Below are positions 38,911 to 52,385 of a DNA stretch of 64,000 bases, piece by piece. Under the pieces are notes generated by a model. It was not told the DNA's origin. It ran no database searches and saw only the letters and a list, made by a program, of their open reading frames with translations. The translations under genes and the position numbers were made by a program. Numbering within the stretch: position 1 is the stretch's first letter; the number at the start of each line of letters is the position of its first letter. This stretch comes from Vicugna vicugna (Eukaryota): contig MU058452.1 of NCBI GenBank assembly GCA_013265495.1, forward strand, positions 248,001 through 312,000, written 5' to 3'.

Positions 38911-39108
38911 TACAGCATAATGTTTCAGTCATACATATACATACATATATTCCTTTTCATATTCTCTTTCATTATAGGTGACTACAAGATACTGAATATA
39001 GTTCTGTTTCTACTGTGCGCTACACAGTAGAAACTTGTTGTTTATCTATTTTATATACAGTAGTTGGTATCTGCAAATCCCAAACTCCCAATTTATCCCT
39101 TCCCATCC
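38911..39108 (-). mobile_element. LINE-1 3' UTR fragment lacking the terminal ~45 nt and tail
   Basis: Reverse complement of the 3' UTR seen at 4995-5170 and 9988-10090. Confidence 0.92.
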
Positions 39109-40399
39109 TCATGATCTATCAGAGAGTAAAGAAATTAGATTTAAAAAAAGGAAAAATTCTCAATTCATTTTAGAGTATAGATAATTCCGGTGATGCCACA
39201 TTTAACGTGTACACACGCACACACACAGGATATTAACCCTATTGTAAACCTCATTACATTTGTGAATGTTTGAAACCTTTGATAATTTATATCAAGCAAT
39301 CTTTTCTTTCCCTTTGCTTCTCAAAGAAGTTTAGCAACAAGCCTTGTGAAGCCCAGCCTCACACCATTAAAATTTACCTCTCAGTCCTGTGGACATAACT
39401 CACACTTTCCTAAATATTTACTCTTTAACATTGGAAGGTAGCAGTAGTTGGTAAGCCCCCTTCAGTATGGTCCCTGGTCCCTGTTTCTTATGAAAGTCAC
39501 TTTGCTAATTTGCTGTCATCTCCAAAAGAGTAAAGACCAATTTAGGTATGGAAGCCCGATACTTTTCACAAGACCAAGTAAGGTTAGTTGCAACGTTTAC
39601 TAAGTTATTAATTAACTTACAAGGAAAAGAAGAAGGTGTGTTTTGCACTTTGTTTGGCGAGGTGGTTCCAGTCTGTTTGAATTTCCTAGCTGACACTTTA
39701 ATCCAGAGCTTGATTCCATCTGCGAGAGAACCCAACAGCAGGTACACCTAAGTTCCATTTCCAAGTGCTCGCCAGAGACTTTGCAAAACAGAAGCATCCC
39801 AAATCTCTGTCAAAAACATTGTTTTCCTTGTGACAAGGGAGCGGTGAATAACATTAGGGACCTTAGAATTAGGAAAAAAAATAAGAAATGGCTCCAAGAG
39901 AGTCATTTTCATAAAAGTACACCAAAAAAAATAATACCATATGAGAAAATTATCTAGTGGGTATGTTTTTTCCTATTACGAGATCTCCAAAAAATTTCAT
40001 TGGTGAAACCTACATCTGAGCAGCTGGCTGAATGTGCTGATTAGACCGGATAAAGCAGAAGAGAGATGATGGGGAAATGGAACAACATTAGGTAGAATTC
40101 TTTGTTCTTGGGCTCTTGGTGTTCAAAGGCACCATCCAGGTGAAGGGAGTGGGGATTCAAGACTAAATCTGTCTTGGAGGACTAGTTTGGTATCCATTGT
40201 GAGACTACCTCGTAACACTGGGTGTCTGCAATGCTAACATGTTAATCAGAGGCTGAAATTACTGAGAATAAATACTAGGCTCTCTGGAAAATAAACAGTG
40301 TCCTGAAGAAAGGCAGAATGGAGCTGCTTATAACCATACGGCAAGACACAGCCCCACATTGGTAAGGAGGGAAACACCTGAGTACTGCGTACCCTTCAG

Positions 40400-40775
40400 A
40401 TGTGTCCTGGTTGACTGCTTCTTGCTGCTCCATCCCAGAGGCTTGTCATCATTGGATCTTTATGTCCATCCTAATCACAATTTAAACCCACTTACCCATG
40501 TCCTATTATGACATAGAAAGACACAACTCTGAACATTCATTTGGACGATAATTCTGCACATTCTTTAAGAACATTATAAAACGCCCCCTCACTTTCGGTT
40601 TTCTTTTCTGAAGAACAAATAATCTCATCTCCTTTTATCTTTCCCCGGAGGTCCCATTTTCCTATCCTTTAATCATTGTTATTGCTTCCATCTGTACCTA
40701 CTTTAATTTTTCCTATCCCTTCTGAAATGTGCATCGGCAAATTAGGTACAGTACTACCAAAACTGGAATAGTTTT
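40400..40775 (-). mobile_element. CR1/L3 LINE fragment
   Basis: CCCCCTCACTTTCGGTTTTCTTTTCTGAAGAACAAATAATCTCATCTCC...CCTTTAATCATTGTTATTGCTT...CCCTTCTGAAATGTG...GGTACAGTACTACCA follows the antisense CR1 ORF2 3' pattern. Confidence 0.65.
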
Positions 40776-41454
40776 AAAATACCTGTTGACCTACTATTGG
40801 AATAATTATCTCTACTTGGATAAGGCAACATATCAAAAATGTTGGTAAGGGCAAGGAAAAAAAAAATGGAAGAATTTAACTGCTCCCATAGAACGATATT
40901 TTCAGATCCAGCAAGTGGTTCTAAGTAATAGAACTTGCCCGAAAGAGAAATGAGAAAATGCAGAGCAGTGTAAGAAAATGGCTATTACAGAAGTTAAAGA
41001 AAAAAATGAAGAACACAAAAATGATATCTATAAAATGATTACAAATGCAAATGTATGCTTGCACACAAATGGGCAAGCACAGAAAAAGAACATATAAGGA
41101 GATACTTTTTCTTAGAGTAGCATCTTTCTGCATGATTTTTTTTCAATTTTAATTTTCCCGATTTTAGCAGTGCTGTGTGTGCAGTAACTGGAACACAGTT
41201 TTAGAAGAACTCTCTGGAGAACAAGAAAGAAAAGTTAGGGCACCTAATAATGCAATAATACTTAAAAGTAGGGAAAAAATGAGACAGATCTGTACTATTT
41301 TAATGCATTTAGTGAGTCTTCATGCTTATAATGAATAGAGGGTGAAAAAATGATGTAACTTTTACTCTGAAATTTTTTGCCCTATCCTTCAGATCAGAAT
41401 GATGATAAAAAATCAAAAGGAAAAATTAAAAAGCAAATTAAAAAAAGAAAAATA

Positions 41455-41535
41455 CGCTCAGAATTTGAGGCATCATCCAGTCTTAACACCCAATTTCACA
41501 GATGACAAACTAATGACCAAAGAGTAAGACTAGAT
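41455..41535 (-). mobile_element. MIR3-like fragment
   Basis: CATCATCCAGTCTTAACACCCAATTTCACAGATGACAAACTAATGACCAAAGAG. Confidence 0.65.
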
Positions 41536-43269
41536 TTTTCATGGTACTATGTCAACAGAGAATCACAGAGTACAGATATGTTCTGTTGAGAGGCACCCCT
41601 AGAAGTTGGTAAGTCACACTCTGTTAAATTCTGCACAAGACCCAAGAGTAATAGGATCTCATTAAATGAGAATGTTGGGACGTTGTAATTTCTCAGTTGA
41701 TGTTTTCCTCAAATGTGGCCAGTGCATTTGAATAATAAGTGCTCAGTCCTGGCATTGGCTTACACGAAGAAAAAAAAAAAGAATATCATAAATTCATCAT
41801 TAATCATGATTTAATGTAATTCCATAGAATTTTGAAGCTAAAATGAAATTTTATTGTGGCTTATCAGGTTTGTGTCCTTTATGTTCCTGTTAAAAAAATT
41901 AATGATAATAGATAGATGTAGCTATCTAGATATAGACAGATATAAAAATTCTTCCCTGATTAATTTTAATCACCTATCTTTCCATTTAATATTTAGTTCA
42001 TAGCTCACAATTCTTGAAATTTTCTAAGACTTGAGTGTCCAGTTGCTTATTTTCCATCTTGGATCTGTCGAATCATTTATTATCTTAACTTTTGATATTC
42101 ATTGTAAACTCAAGTATCGTTTTCTGACCTTATCTGAATTAATAATACAAGTTCATTGTTTCTATCAATAAAGTAACTGTCCTGTGGAAGATAAGAAATT
42201 GCCTGAAGTCTTGAACATGGCAAAAGTTATTTTTCTTACGTCTAAGAAACAATGATGCAAAAGTCCAAAGAGGAGCTACACAAGTAAGATCAGGAGCTAT
42301 CCTTCTTTCCACCATGTTCCAGGAGATTATTTTGTGTGTGTGATTAGAGGCTTATTTTTGAGGATCTTAAGGTCAGGGATACAGTCTGAACTTAGCATAA
42401 CATCATGATGTAGCTTCTGATTCAGTAACTACACCAGGAATGTTTCGTAACCTTGGAAAGGCTGAGTTAGTAATATATACTGAAATACAGTATTGCCAAT
42501 CAATTAGTTAAAGAAGGTTTATGGGCTTCCTGGATCTCAGGGAAATGAGGCGATCAAGCTGCTGGGGAGAATATGCCTATTCTATGATTTGAGAAAATTG
42601 GATTGCATGTTGGTAAGTGATATTCTCTAATCAGCATGGTAGACTTTGAGAGAGAAGTCGGTGGAGATTCACACCCAGTAGTAATGACAGTAGTATGATC
42701 GGATACAGGGATTGTTGAAGTGGTAGGTACCTCAGATTCAGCCAAGATTTTACACAAGTCAAGTCATCTCAATAAGTTATTGGGCAAAATGGTAGATTGT
42801 CTAAGAACTTTGTTAAAAAAATATGTTTTTAAGAGGGAGTAAATAGTTTTATGACACTTGAACCAATTAGAAAGATCTTGATTACAAGTAACAGAACATA
42901 TGCCTGCAGTGGCTTCCACAATTACTGCTGCAATAAACAAAGGGTACAACACCAAGAATCAGAAAGTAAGTGTCTTAACTCCTAAGGGGTACACATTGCT
43001 TTCACTTTTATTTTATTGGTGGAGAGTAATCACAGGACTTAGACTAACTTCCAGTGATCAGGGAAGTCCAATCCCATTGTAGACTGCATTGAAGAAGAAC
43101 TTAATACTGGTCAAAGATACAGTTATATTATATAGATATAAACCCTCAAATAATTAGAAAATCATATCACTTTTGCCTTTAGGTCATTTGAGGATTGAGT
43201 TTTCACAGGTGTAGAAACTAAAGGTCATTATTTCTATTAGTATTACTGCTGTTTACCAACCCATCTGTC

Positions 43270-43470
43270 ATGCACCGAGCATTTACTGTGGGCGAGGCAC
43301 CATGGTAATTGCCTTATACACATTATCTGATTTAATTCTCACTAAAACTCTGGGAGGCAGGCATTCTTTTTCTGTCTTACACATGAGGAAACTGAGACTC
43401 AGAGAGGCTAAGAAAGATACTTAGGATCACACAGCCAGTATGATACAAAGCTGAAATTCAAACAGATTTC
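43270..43470 (-). mobile_element. MIR
   Basis: GAGCATTTACTGTGGGCGAGGCAC...ATTATCTGATTTAATTCTCAC...TTACACATGAGGAAACTGAGACTCAGAGAGG...AGGATCACACAGCCAGTA. Confidence 0.92.
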
Positions 43471-46400
43471 AATATGATTGAAAAATTTTAATTTGGTCCC
43501 TCGATGAAGAGAGGAATTACTCAGATTCTAAGATCTTCCTAATTTAGAACAGTTTAAGAGCGAGCTAAGAAATGATGAGAATACTACCAAACATTTCAGA
43601 AAGTTTACTTCTTTACAAAAGACAAGTGTTCACAAAACAGTATAACTTTTCCAAATTATTTTGGGGGTACAAATTGAACAATCTGAAAAATGTGATCTCC
43701 TCAAAAACCATACTTATGAAAAACTGCAACCAGAATATAACAATACTAATCTCAAATACAATTATAATTTTTACTCGGTTTTACATGCAAAGGATTGACG
43801 GCCACATTTTCAGAAAACAACCACTCAAATAAAATAAATCTTACTTAAGCTAAAAGTTAAATTCAAGGATTGACTTTGGTCTTGATACTGAGTTCGATTG
43901 TTCCTCGTCATATACACAAGAAAGAGAGACGTGGATTACGTGGGGTTCACAGAACCACTCCATAGCTTGAGGGGACCGCTGGTGCTGGGCTGAAAATCTC
44001 ATCTCTCAAAGCATGGTTTGTTAGAGTTGTTCGCACTTAAACGTTCTGTTCAGCTCTGTGAACAACATACAAAGCTATAGCCTTCTCCCCAGCCCATTGT
44101 ACACATTGTCTTATACACAGTATCTGATTAAATTTAATTTCACTTCCTACCTGGAGTGCACATCCTCGGTAGTTGGGCTGTGTACCCAATGCACCAGAAA
44201 TAGGAGTGGATTGGGATTTGAGCGGGGGGTGGGGGAAGTTCTTGTTAACATTCTCGCAGATATGAAAAAAACAAGAAAAAAAGTAAAACTTAGCGATTTG
44301 CAAAATGGAGTTTGTTTTCTGTCTTTTTAGTCGAGTTGCATTTTAATCCCACTTGGGTGAATGCCTAGTTTTGCCATTAAAACAATTTTAGAAGGAAGTT
44401 TTTTGGTCCCAAGATTTAAAAAAAAATGAAAATGCCCTGGTTTTGGAGCATCAGAGCTGAACAGTAATGCTGACCATGATACCAGGGCTTCAGGGGAATA
44501 GTACGGGAAGACTGTGAGCATTCTTCCCTTTCATGTGTGATTACTGATATTTTTATTGTAGTCTCTTGGTAATAGGTTGTCCTTTATATATGCTTTACTT
44601 TTATATATGCATACTTTCGAATGAACCTTTCCAATAGTGTTGAAAGACTTTTTTTTTTTTAAACTAGAAAGAATGCATTTTGGAGCAAATGAGACCGTAT
44701 GCTTTGGCATCTCTTTTTTTCTCCCAGGTATGATAGTTTATTGTACAGCAATAGAATACGAAAATGAGTTTATTAAGTTTACCTAGAAATGATTCAAAGA
44801 TATCTGTGTGAGCTCCTTGAGCTATGTCAACATTTTCTTGAAAGATACCTGAGATTATTTGATGTTTATTTTTTTAAGTATAGTATTTGTAAGTTAAAGT
44901 GCACAGGAACATTTTATTACATTTTAAATGTAATTCCTGATCCCCAGATGCTGTCCATATAAATCTGAACAAACCCAAGACATCGCTATCTATATTAGAT
45001 CAACAAATCCTCTCATTCCCTGAGCTAGTGTTAAGAATAGGCAGCAAAAGTGAAATTCCTTGGTAATAAAACTTCTGTTTCTTGACAAGTATGATGTCAG
45101 GACATTTTTTTTGCTATGCTGCCTACACCTTTCAAAGTAGGTTACAGTGTACGGTGCGATTATGTCTTCCTGTAACCTCTATTTCAAAAGTGCATACTGT
45201 GTAAATAATACACTTTTCTAACAACTGTTTTAATGGTCACTGTTTTTAAGGTCATCTTCATGTGAAATTCAAAACTGCAAACAGCTGAAAATCCAATTTT
45301 GTTTCAAAGGAAGGGATGTTTTCTTTTTCCTTTCTTTCTTTCTTTTTTTTCCTTTTGGGTTTTTCTTCCTATTTCTTAAAATGGCATTCTCGATGGAAAT
45401 TGGCATACTCATACATCAAACTTCATTTGTGCCAACATCAGGTTAAATAATCTTTCTAAGCACCATGAAATTGGGCATACCTGTGTGGGCAATTGCTATT
45501 GACTTCTCAAACTATTGCATTACACTTTTCTTCTGGAAACCAGACAAATATGATATTTTCAGAACTAGAAGACACAAATTTATCTCTTCCAATTGTTCCC
45601 AAATGACATTATAAGATGCTGTGTCTTCTGGTTCTTGCAGGAAAAAATCCCACTCAATTACCAGCTAGTGCACCCCCAAAATAATTTCTGGAGCTACCCC
45701 CCCAAATAACCACAAGTCTATATATGTGTTGTTACATAGCATTCATTATCTTTTCTGATTCTGACATCTTATTGTAGAAATTACGTAAAATTATGGAGGG
45801 AAAAATCTTTATGATTCTTCCAAGAAAAAACAATGATTTATATTTTGAAATGATTCTTTGCCAAACTCCGCTTTGCCAACCTCAGCTTTACCAACCAACG
45901 TTTTGAGATGATACTGTTTTGTATTATTATGCCAACATTTAAAATCCATAACCTATTTACATATGTGGCATTCAGTTCAAGTTTCCTGAACAAGTACAGA
46001 ATGATGAGATCTCTTTAAATTCCACTCCTTTGACACATAAAAATAAAGGAAGAGACACGCAAAAATGTGGATTTTGTACAAAAACCGGGGGGGGGCATTT
46101 AATGCTGTATATCTGTTAAAACAGTTATGAAAAGGAAACACAAAGTCAACAATAAAATACTAATAGAGGTTGGAAAAAATCCAAATCAGAGTAATGTGTA
46201 GGTGAAATACAGTTAGTGGAACACATTGCCTTTAGCAGATAAAGGGCATTAAAAATAACATTTCACTGGAAGATTGAAGAAGGGAAATCAGTCGTATGGT
46301 TAACTACCAAAGCAGATATTTTTTAACTTTATGTCTGTCTTTCATTTTGTAATAGGTTACTTTCTGTGCTTTAAGTATAATGCATTTAATTGTTTTCCAG

Positions 46401-46770
46401 TAAAACCCTTATTTCCCATTAACTCTTAATATAATGGCAGCTTTCTCATTCATTAGAGTCCCTGAAATTTAACTTCCATACTGATAAGAACTACATGCAT
46501 ATATCCTTAAAATCTTTTGGATTTATACAGTTACACATTTTTTAATGGGATTATTAGATTTTGGAACTTGCTTTTCCTTTAACATCATAATATAGGTTTG
46601 TCTTCTCTGCTGTTATATTTTCTTTTAAATGATTTTGTATGGCTGCGTGAAATTCTATGAATCAGTAGAAATATAACTTCTTAAAGCTTCTTCATTCTTT
46701 ATGAATAAACTTTCAGAATAATGGATATATCATTAAAATATTTTATCAATGTTAAAAAATTGTTTATCTT

Positions 46771-47405
46771 ACCCAGGAATCCCACTTCTGGGCATATATC
46801 CAGAAGGAACCCTAATCCAAAATGACACCTACACCCCAGTGTTCATAGCAGCACTATTTACAACAGCCAAGACATGGAAACAGCCTAAATGTCCATCAAC
46901 AGATGACTGGATAACGAAGATGTGGTATATTTATACAATGGAATACTACTCAGCCATAAAAACTGACAACATATTGCCATTTGCAGTAACATGGATGCTC
47001 CTGGAGAATGTCATTCTAAGTGAAGTAAGCCAGAAGGAGAAAGACAATACCATATCACTCATATGTGGAATCTAAAACAAACAAACAAACAAGCAAACAA
47101 ACAAACAAAATATAAATACAAAACAGAAACAGACTCATAGACATAGAATACAAACTTGTGGTTGCCAAGGGGACAGGAGGTGGGAAGGGATAGGCTGGGA
47201 TTTCAAAATGTAGAATAGATAAACAAGATTATACTGTATAGCACAGGGGAATATATACAAGATCTTGTGGTAGCTCGCAGAGAAGAAAATGTGACAATGA
47301 ATGTATGTTTGTTCATGTATAACTGAAAAATTGTGCTCTACACTGGAATTTGACACAACATAGTAAAATGATTATAAATCAATAAAAAATGTTAAAAAAA
47401 ATAAA
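46771..47405 (+). mobile_element. Young 5'-truncated LINE-1 (ORF2 end and 3' UTR) containing (AAAC)n
   Basis: ORF 46749-47075: PGIPLLGIYP...TPVFIAALFTTAKTWKQPKCPSTDDWITKMWYIYTMEYYSAIK...LENVILSEVSQKEK. AATAAA and A-rich end. Confidence 0.97.
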
Positions 47406-47566
47406 GTTACGAACTAACTCCCTAGATATCCTGATTTTCAAAGGCAATAATCTATGAAAATACACTACATATCCCGTGAAATGAGGGGGTTTATGTTGTT
47501 TGAAATTTTAAAAAAGAGAAGTTTTCTAGTCACCATCATGTTTAAGAATTTAGAAAATCAGAATGG

Positions 47567-47662
47567 GAAAATGAATATATGTATATTCATGTATGACTGA
47601 AAAATTGTGCTCTACACCAGAAATTGACATGACATTATAAACTATCACTCAATAAAATAAAT
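47567..47662 (+). mobile_element. LINE-1 3' terminal fragment
   Basis: TTCATGTATGACTGAAAAATTGTGCTCTACACCAGAAATTGACA is nearly identical to 47312-47355. Confidence 0.9.
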
Positions 47663-47910
47663 GAATAGATGAAAAAGATAGTTTACTTTATTATTACATT
47701 ACTTTTCATGTTTTGATTAGCAGGAATTTTAAACACTCTTGGAATGTTTATTTTCTGTGTGCTTTTGTTTTGTAAAGGGCCTTTTTAAAATTCTTTCACA
47801 TTTTTTAAAAGAGATACTATTTTCTAAGAACTTTTTGAAAATATAATGGCGATTATTTTTTGTTTTGATTTTCCTTGAGTTGATTGTTTGTCTTTTAGTT
47901 AATTTCCAAA

Positions 47911-48010
47911 TTTTTAAAAATTTTTATTGAAGTCTAGTCAGTTTACAATGTTGTGTTAATTTCTGGTGTACAGCATACTGTTTCAGTTATACACATATAT
48001 ATATATCTTT
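47911..48010 (-). mobile_element. LINE-1 3' terminal fragment
   Basis: TTTTTATTGAAGTCTAGTCAGTTTACAATGTTGTGT is the reverse complement of the terminus at 10097-10130. Confidence 0.92.
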
Positions 48011-48689
48011 TAAAACTTAGAAGTTTACATTTGTATTCAGCCAAATCTAACAATCTTTCCTTCAATTTTCTGTCTTTATCTTTACACAATTCAAATATCT
48101 CTAGTCTTATGAGCATATAAGTACAAATATCACATTCAGAGTAATATTTTTATCAGCACATATCTCTAAATTTCTCATGAGCTTCCTCAGAGATTCTCCT
48201 ATGTAAACTCATGAAAGAATTGTATGACTCTGAGGAATCATCTTTCTCCTGGAAAGACTGAGGGAATGAGCTTCCTTATTGGACAGTGGTGGTTGAACCT
48301 CGTTTCTTCTTCCTTCCAGGTACAGTATTTTCCAGGAAGCCTCTAATTTCCTATGCAAATATGCCTCTGCTGGTCACAGACCAATAGTTAACCAGACAGA
48401 CCCAGATATATTTGATATCTCTTCTACACAGCTGAGACCCCAGTGGGATTTAGATATTGTCCACCGAAAGGTTCAGTACTGTCCCAAATGCCAGAGGGCT
48501 CCCTCCATACCTGGAAGATGGATATGTATCCTGGTGTCTGAAATATCATTGACCAACAGTTGTTGTTCTGAGTGATGGTGAAATGGAGCATTTCGTTCTG
48601 AGAGTTCATATGGGAGGGTGGAGGAAAAAAATAGCAGCCCACATTATCTTTTTGTATTCCAAACTCAGAAGTTTTTCCTCAAAATTTTT

Positions 48690-51600
48690 AAAATATTGTT
48701 CAGCTGAAATTAAATCTCAAGCAATTGAAACATAAAATTCAACACTATAATGTATGCTAAAATAAGACTTTTTAGCCCAAAGAAAATTATAACAGCAGAT
48801 GGAACCAAGGATCATCTTCAGAGAAGTGTAAAGAATACCCAAAAGGGTAAGTATCTTGGTAAACACGAAGGGCCTTTTTTTGTAGAACCATCATTTTATA
48901 CACTCATGTAGCTTTAAAAGACTACTATCTGTCTAAAGCAAAAATAATATTATATTGTGTCATATAGAACATATGTAACAATAAAATACAAGAAAATGAG
49001 AGCACAAAGGGTGAGAGGAAGGTCAGTTGAATTATATAGTTTAATATTCTTACATTGTTTTTAAAATAGTATAATATTATTTGAAGGTAGACTGTGATGA
49101 CTTGAAGATAAATAATGTAATCACTAGAGCATTTGTCAAAAATACCACAAAAATATAGCTAATTGCTTACTGCATAAGATAAATGGAAATGAATGCAACA
49201 GAAAACAGAAAAGAAATGGAATAAACAGAAAATAAATTTCAAAATGGAAGAGCTAAAATGAACCATATTGATACTTACTTTAACTGTAAATTGATTAGAC
49301 AATCAATTAAAAGATGTACATTTTTAGACTAAAGAAAAAATAATCTAACTCTATTTTTTAAAATGTACTTAAAATATAAGCAAATACATACTTTGAAATT
49401 TAAAGTGTGGGAAAACATACACTATGGTGTGCCTGTAATAATTTCATATTAAGTAAACTTTGAAAAATAGTAGTAATTGTTTTTTCCTTATGTTGAAAGG
49501 TTCAAGTTCATCAAGACCGCTGACAATATTAAATGTCTATGCACCTTGAAAACTCCTATCCTATGTAAGGGAAATTTGGCAGAAAAAAAGAGGGAAATAA
49601 ACAAATGCAATTCATAGTTTGAGATTTTAACAACCTTTGCTCAGTATCTGATAGAACAGGCAGATGAAAAAGAAGTCAAAAGATCGATGATTTGAAAAGC
49701 ATTATTACCAAATGTGATCTAATTGACACTTACTGAACACTATCTAACAAATATACACGGAGAATAGACTATAGACTGGGTACTAAAATATGTTTAGTAA
49801 ATATTGAAAACTTGAAATTATTTAGCTTATATCATCTTGCCACAATGGTTCTTAAGTCTAATTTAATAATGATAAGGTATCATTATTAGAGATTTCTTAA
49901 AAGAACCTAAGTATTTGGAAATCTGTCAGCATTTGTCTGCATAAACCATGGATCCAAAAATAAACCAAAATAAGATTACAAAATATTTTGGCTTGAATAA
50001 TAATGAAAACACAATATATTAAACTTGTATGCAGTGAAAGTAGTGCTTACAGAAAAAAATATAACTTTAAAAGTTTACATTACAATTAAAGAAGATGTAA
50101 AATCAATAATTTAAATTTCATCATTAAGAAACTGAAAAAATAAAAGCAAATTAAACCCAATGTAAGTAAAGAAAAAAAAGCAATCAAAATAAGAGCAAAA
50201 ATCAATGACATAGAAGACAAATAATACAGAAAATCAACAAGGTCAAATGCTAGTTTTTGAGATTAATAAAATTAATATTAATTATCCCCAAACTGATCTA
50301 TAGGTTCAACATGGTCCCAAAGTCCCAGAAAGTTGATTTGTACACATTGACAAGCTAATGAAAAAGTGTTTATGTGCATTCAAAGAACCTACATAGCCAA
50401 AATAATTCTGTAAAAGAAGATAAAGCTGGAGAAATTAATGCTACCTGATTTAAAGATTCATAAAGCCACTATAATCAAGGTATGGTAGTTTTATCTTAAG
50501 GATGAACATGTAGATGACTGAAACTGAATGAGCTACACATAATTAGATTTAGATATGTACAGACAATTAATTTTGACCAATTTCAATGAGAAGGGAAAAT
50601 CTTTTCAACAGGTATTCCTAGAGCAGCTTGACACCCATAGGAAAAAACATTAACTTCAATCCATATCTTACTCCATACACAAAAATCGACTTGTGCTAAG
50701 GCCAGAATGTGAACTCCAAACTATGAAGCTTCTAGAAGAAAATATAAGAGGATTTCTTCACAAATTTGTGATAAAAACCAAAAATTTCTTACACAGACAC
50801 ACAAAACACTACCCGTGAAATTAACAAATATGGAAGTTTTCAAAATTAATCATTTCGGCTCCACAAAAGGCAACATTATAGACTAGAAATATATGATGCA
50901 CAACATGCCTAACAAAAATTTGTATCCAAAATTTTTGTAGAACTCCCACAAATCAACTGCAAAGAGACAAAGAGCCCCATTGAAAATGGGCAAAGGATTT
51001 TAACAGACACTTCACCAAAGAGGCTATAAAAATGACTACTAAACATGAGAGAAAGAGTTCAGTATATTGAATTGTCAGGCAAACATAAATTTAATACACA
51101 ATGAGATATTTTATACTCATTAGAAGAGCTAAAAGGAAAAAAATAAGAGCACCAAATATTGGTTAAATATGTGCTTGAACTGGAATTGTCCTACATTGCT
51201 GGCAGGACTGTCCAATGTTACAGCCAGTTTAGACAACTATTTGGCAGTTTCTTATGAAATTAAACATTCACCTGCCCCTGAAGCCATCCATTCCAATCCA
51301 ATCCTAGGTATTTCCCTGAGAAAATTATGCCTGCACAAAGACTTGTACAAAAATGATCATATCAACCTTATTCATAATAGCTAAAAGCTTGAAAACACTC
51401 GACAGTACATCAAAACAAGAACAGGTATACAATCTATGCCATATTCATATAATGGACCACTAAGGGATAAAGATGAATGAAATACTGATATATGCCAAAT
51501 GGGTGAAACTCAGAAACAATATGTTGCATAGAAGAAGTCAGACCTAAAAGGAGCTTATGTTATATGATGCATTCATGTGAAGTTTTAGAAGAAGAAATAC

Positions 51601-51818
51601 TCAACTCTGATAATAGAAATCTGAACAGTTATTACCTGTGGAGTTTGGAAATTGACTGGAATATGACACAAGGGAACTTTCTGGCATAATAGAAATGTTC
51701 TATATCTTGTTTTGGGTGGTGGCTACTGGAATATATACATTTGAAAAAACTCATTGAACTGAATGAATACTTAAGCACTGTGCATTTCATTGAGTGTAAA
51801 TTTTATCTCAGTTAAAAG
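48690..51818 (+). mobile_element. Old L1M (L1MC/MD/ME-like), about 3.1 kb, with internal deletions
   Basis: Colinear degraded ORF2 motifs (TAAATGTCTATGCACCT, TTTGAGATTTTAACAAC, GAAGCTTCTAGAAGAAAATATAAGAG, AAAATGGGCAAAGGATTTTAACAGACACTTCACCAAAGAG) and 3' UTR (TAGAAATGTTCTATATCTTG...GTAAATTTTATCTCAGTTAAAA). Confidence 0.9.
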
Positions 51819-52009
51819 TATTGCCCATATTTTGTAATAACTCTAAATGGAGCATAACCTTTAAAATTGTATAAAAATAAAGTGTTTCTAACAGTTAAAA
51901 AAAGTAAATATATTTACATGGAAAAAATATACTGAAGAAGCTTGACTAGAGAATTTAGAGGGCAGTCAAGGAAGTGCGATGTCAGAAAAGAGAAGGGAGA
52001 AACGAGGTA

Positions 52010-52385
52010 CACAATTGAAATAAATCCAACTGCATTATTAATTACAATAAATATAAATGAATTAGACTTTCAAATCAAAAGACAGAGATGGCCCAATTGA
52101 ATATCAAAATCTACCTTTTTGTTTTTTTTAAACAGGTGTTATTCGTTACTACAGGGTAATGGAAAAGTAGAAAGTGGAAAGATTAATATGTGTGTGTACA
52201 TGCTCCTGTGTGTGCAGCAGGCAAATACCAAAAGAATGCTATTTTGTTTTATCAATATCAAACAAGATATAGACGTTAAAGCAAAATCATTATTAGAAGG
52301 AAAATGGGTCATTAAAAGAAAGAATGAAAACGTATCAGTTGGAAACAGTTTTGAATGTATGTATCTATAAATATATTTACAGAGA
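52010..52385 (+). mobile_element. Old L1 fragment (start of the ORF2 endonuclease region)
   Basis: TAATTACAATAAATATAAATGAATTAGAC...TCAAAAGACAGAGAT...ATATCAAACAAGATATAGACGTTAAAGCAAAA. Confidence 0.7.

Larger units (their letters stand above)
46400..48070 (-). mobile_element. Ancient L1ME-like element, interrupted by three younger L1 pieces
   Basis: T-rich degenerate antisense L1 at 46400-46750 (AACTTGCTTTTCCTTTAAC, TGGCTGCGTGAAATTCTAT) and at 47680-48070. Confidence 0.45.

Noticed and set aside
50912..50938. 10-bp inverted repeat ACAAAAATTT / AAATTTTTGT
   Set aside because: Low complexity; expected by chance in A-rich L1.
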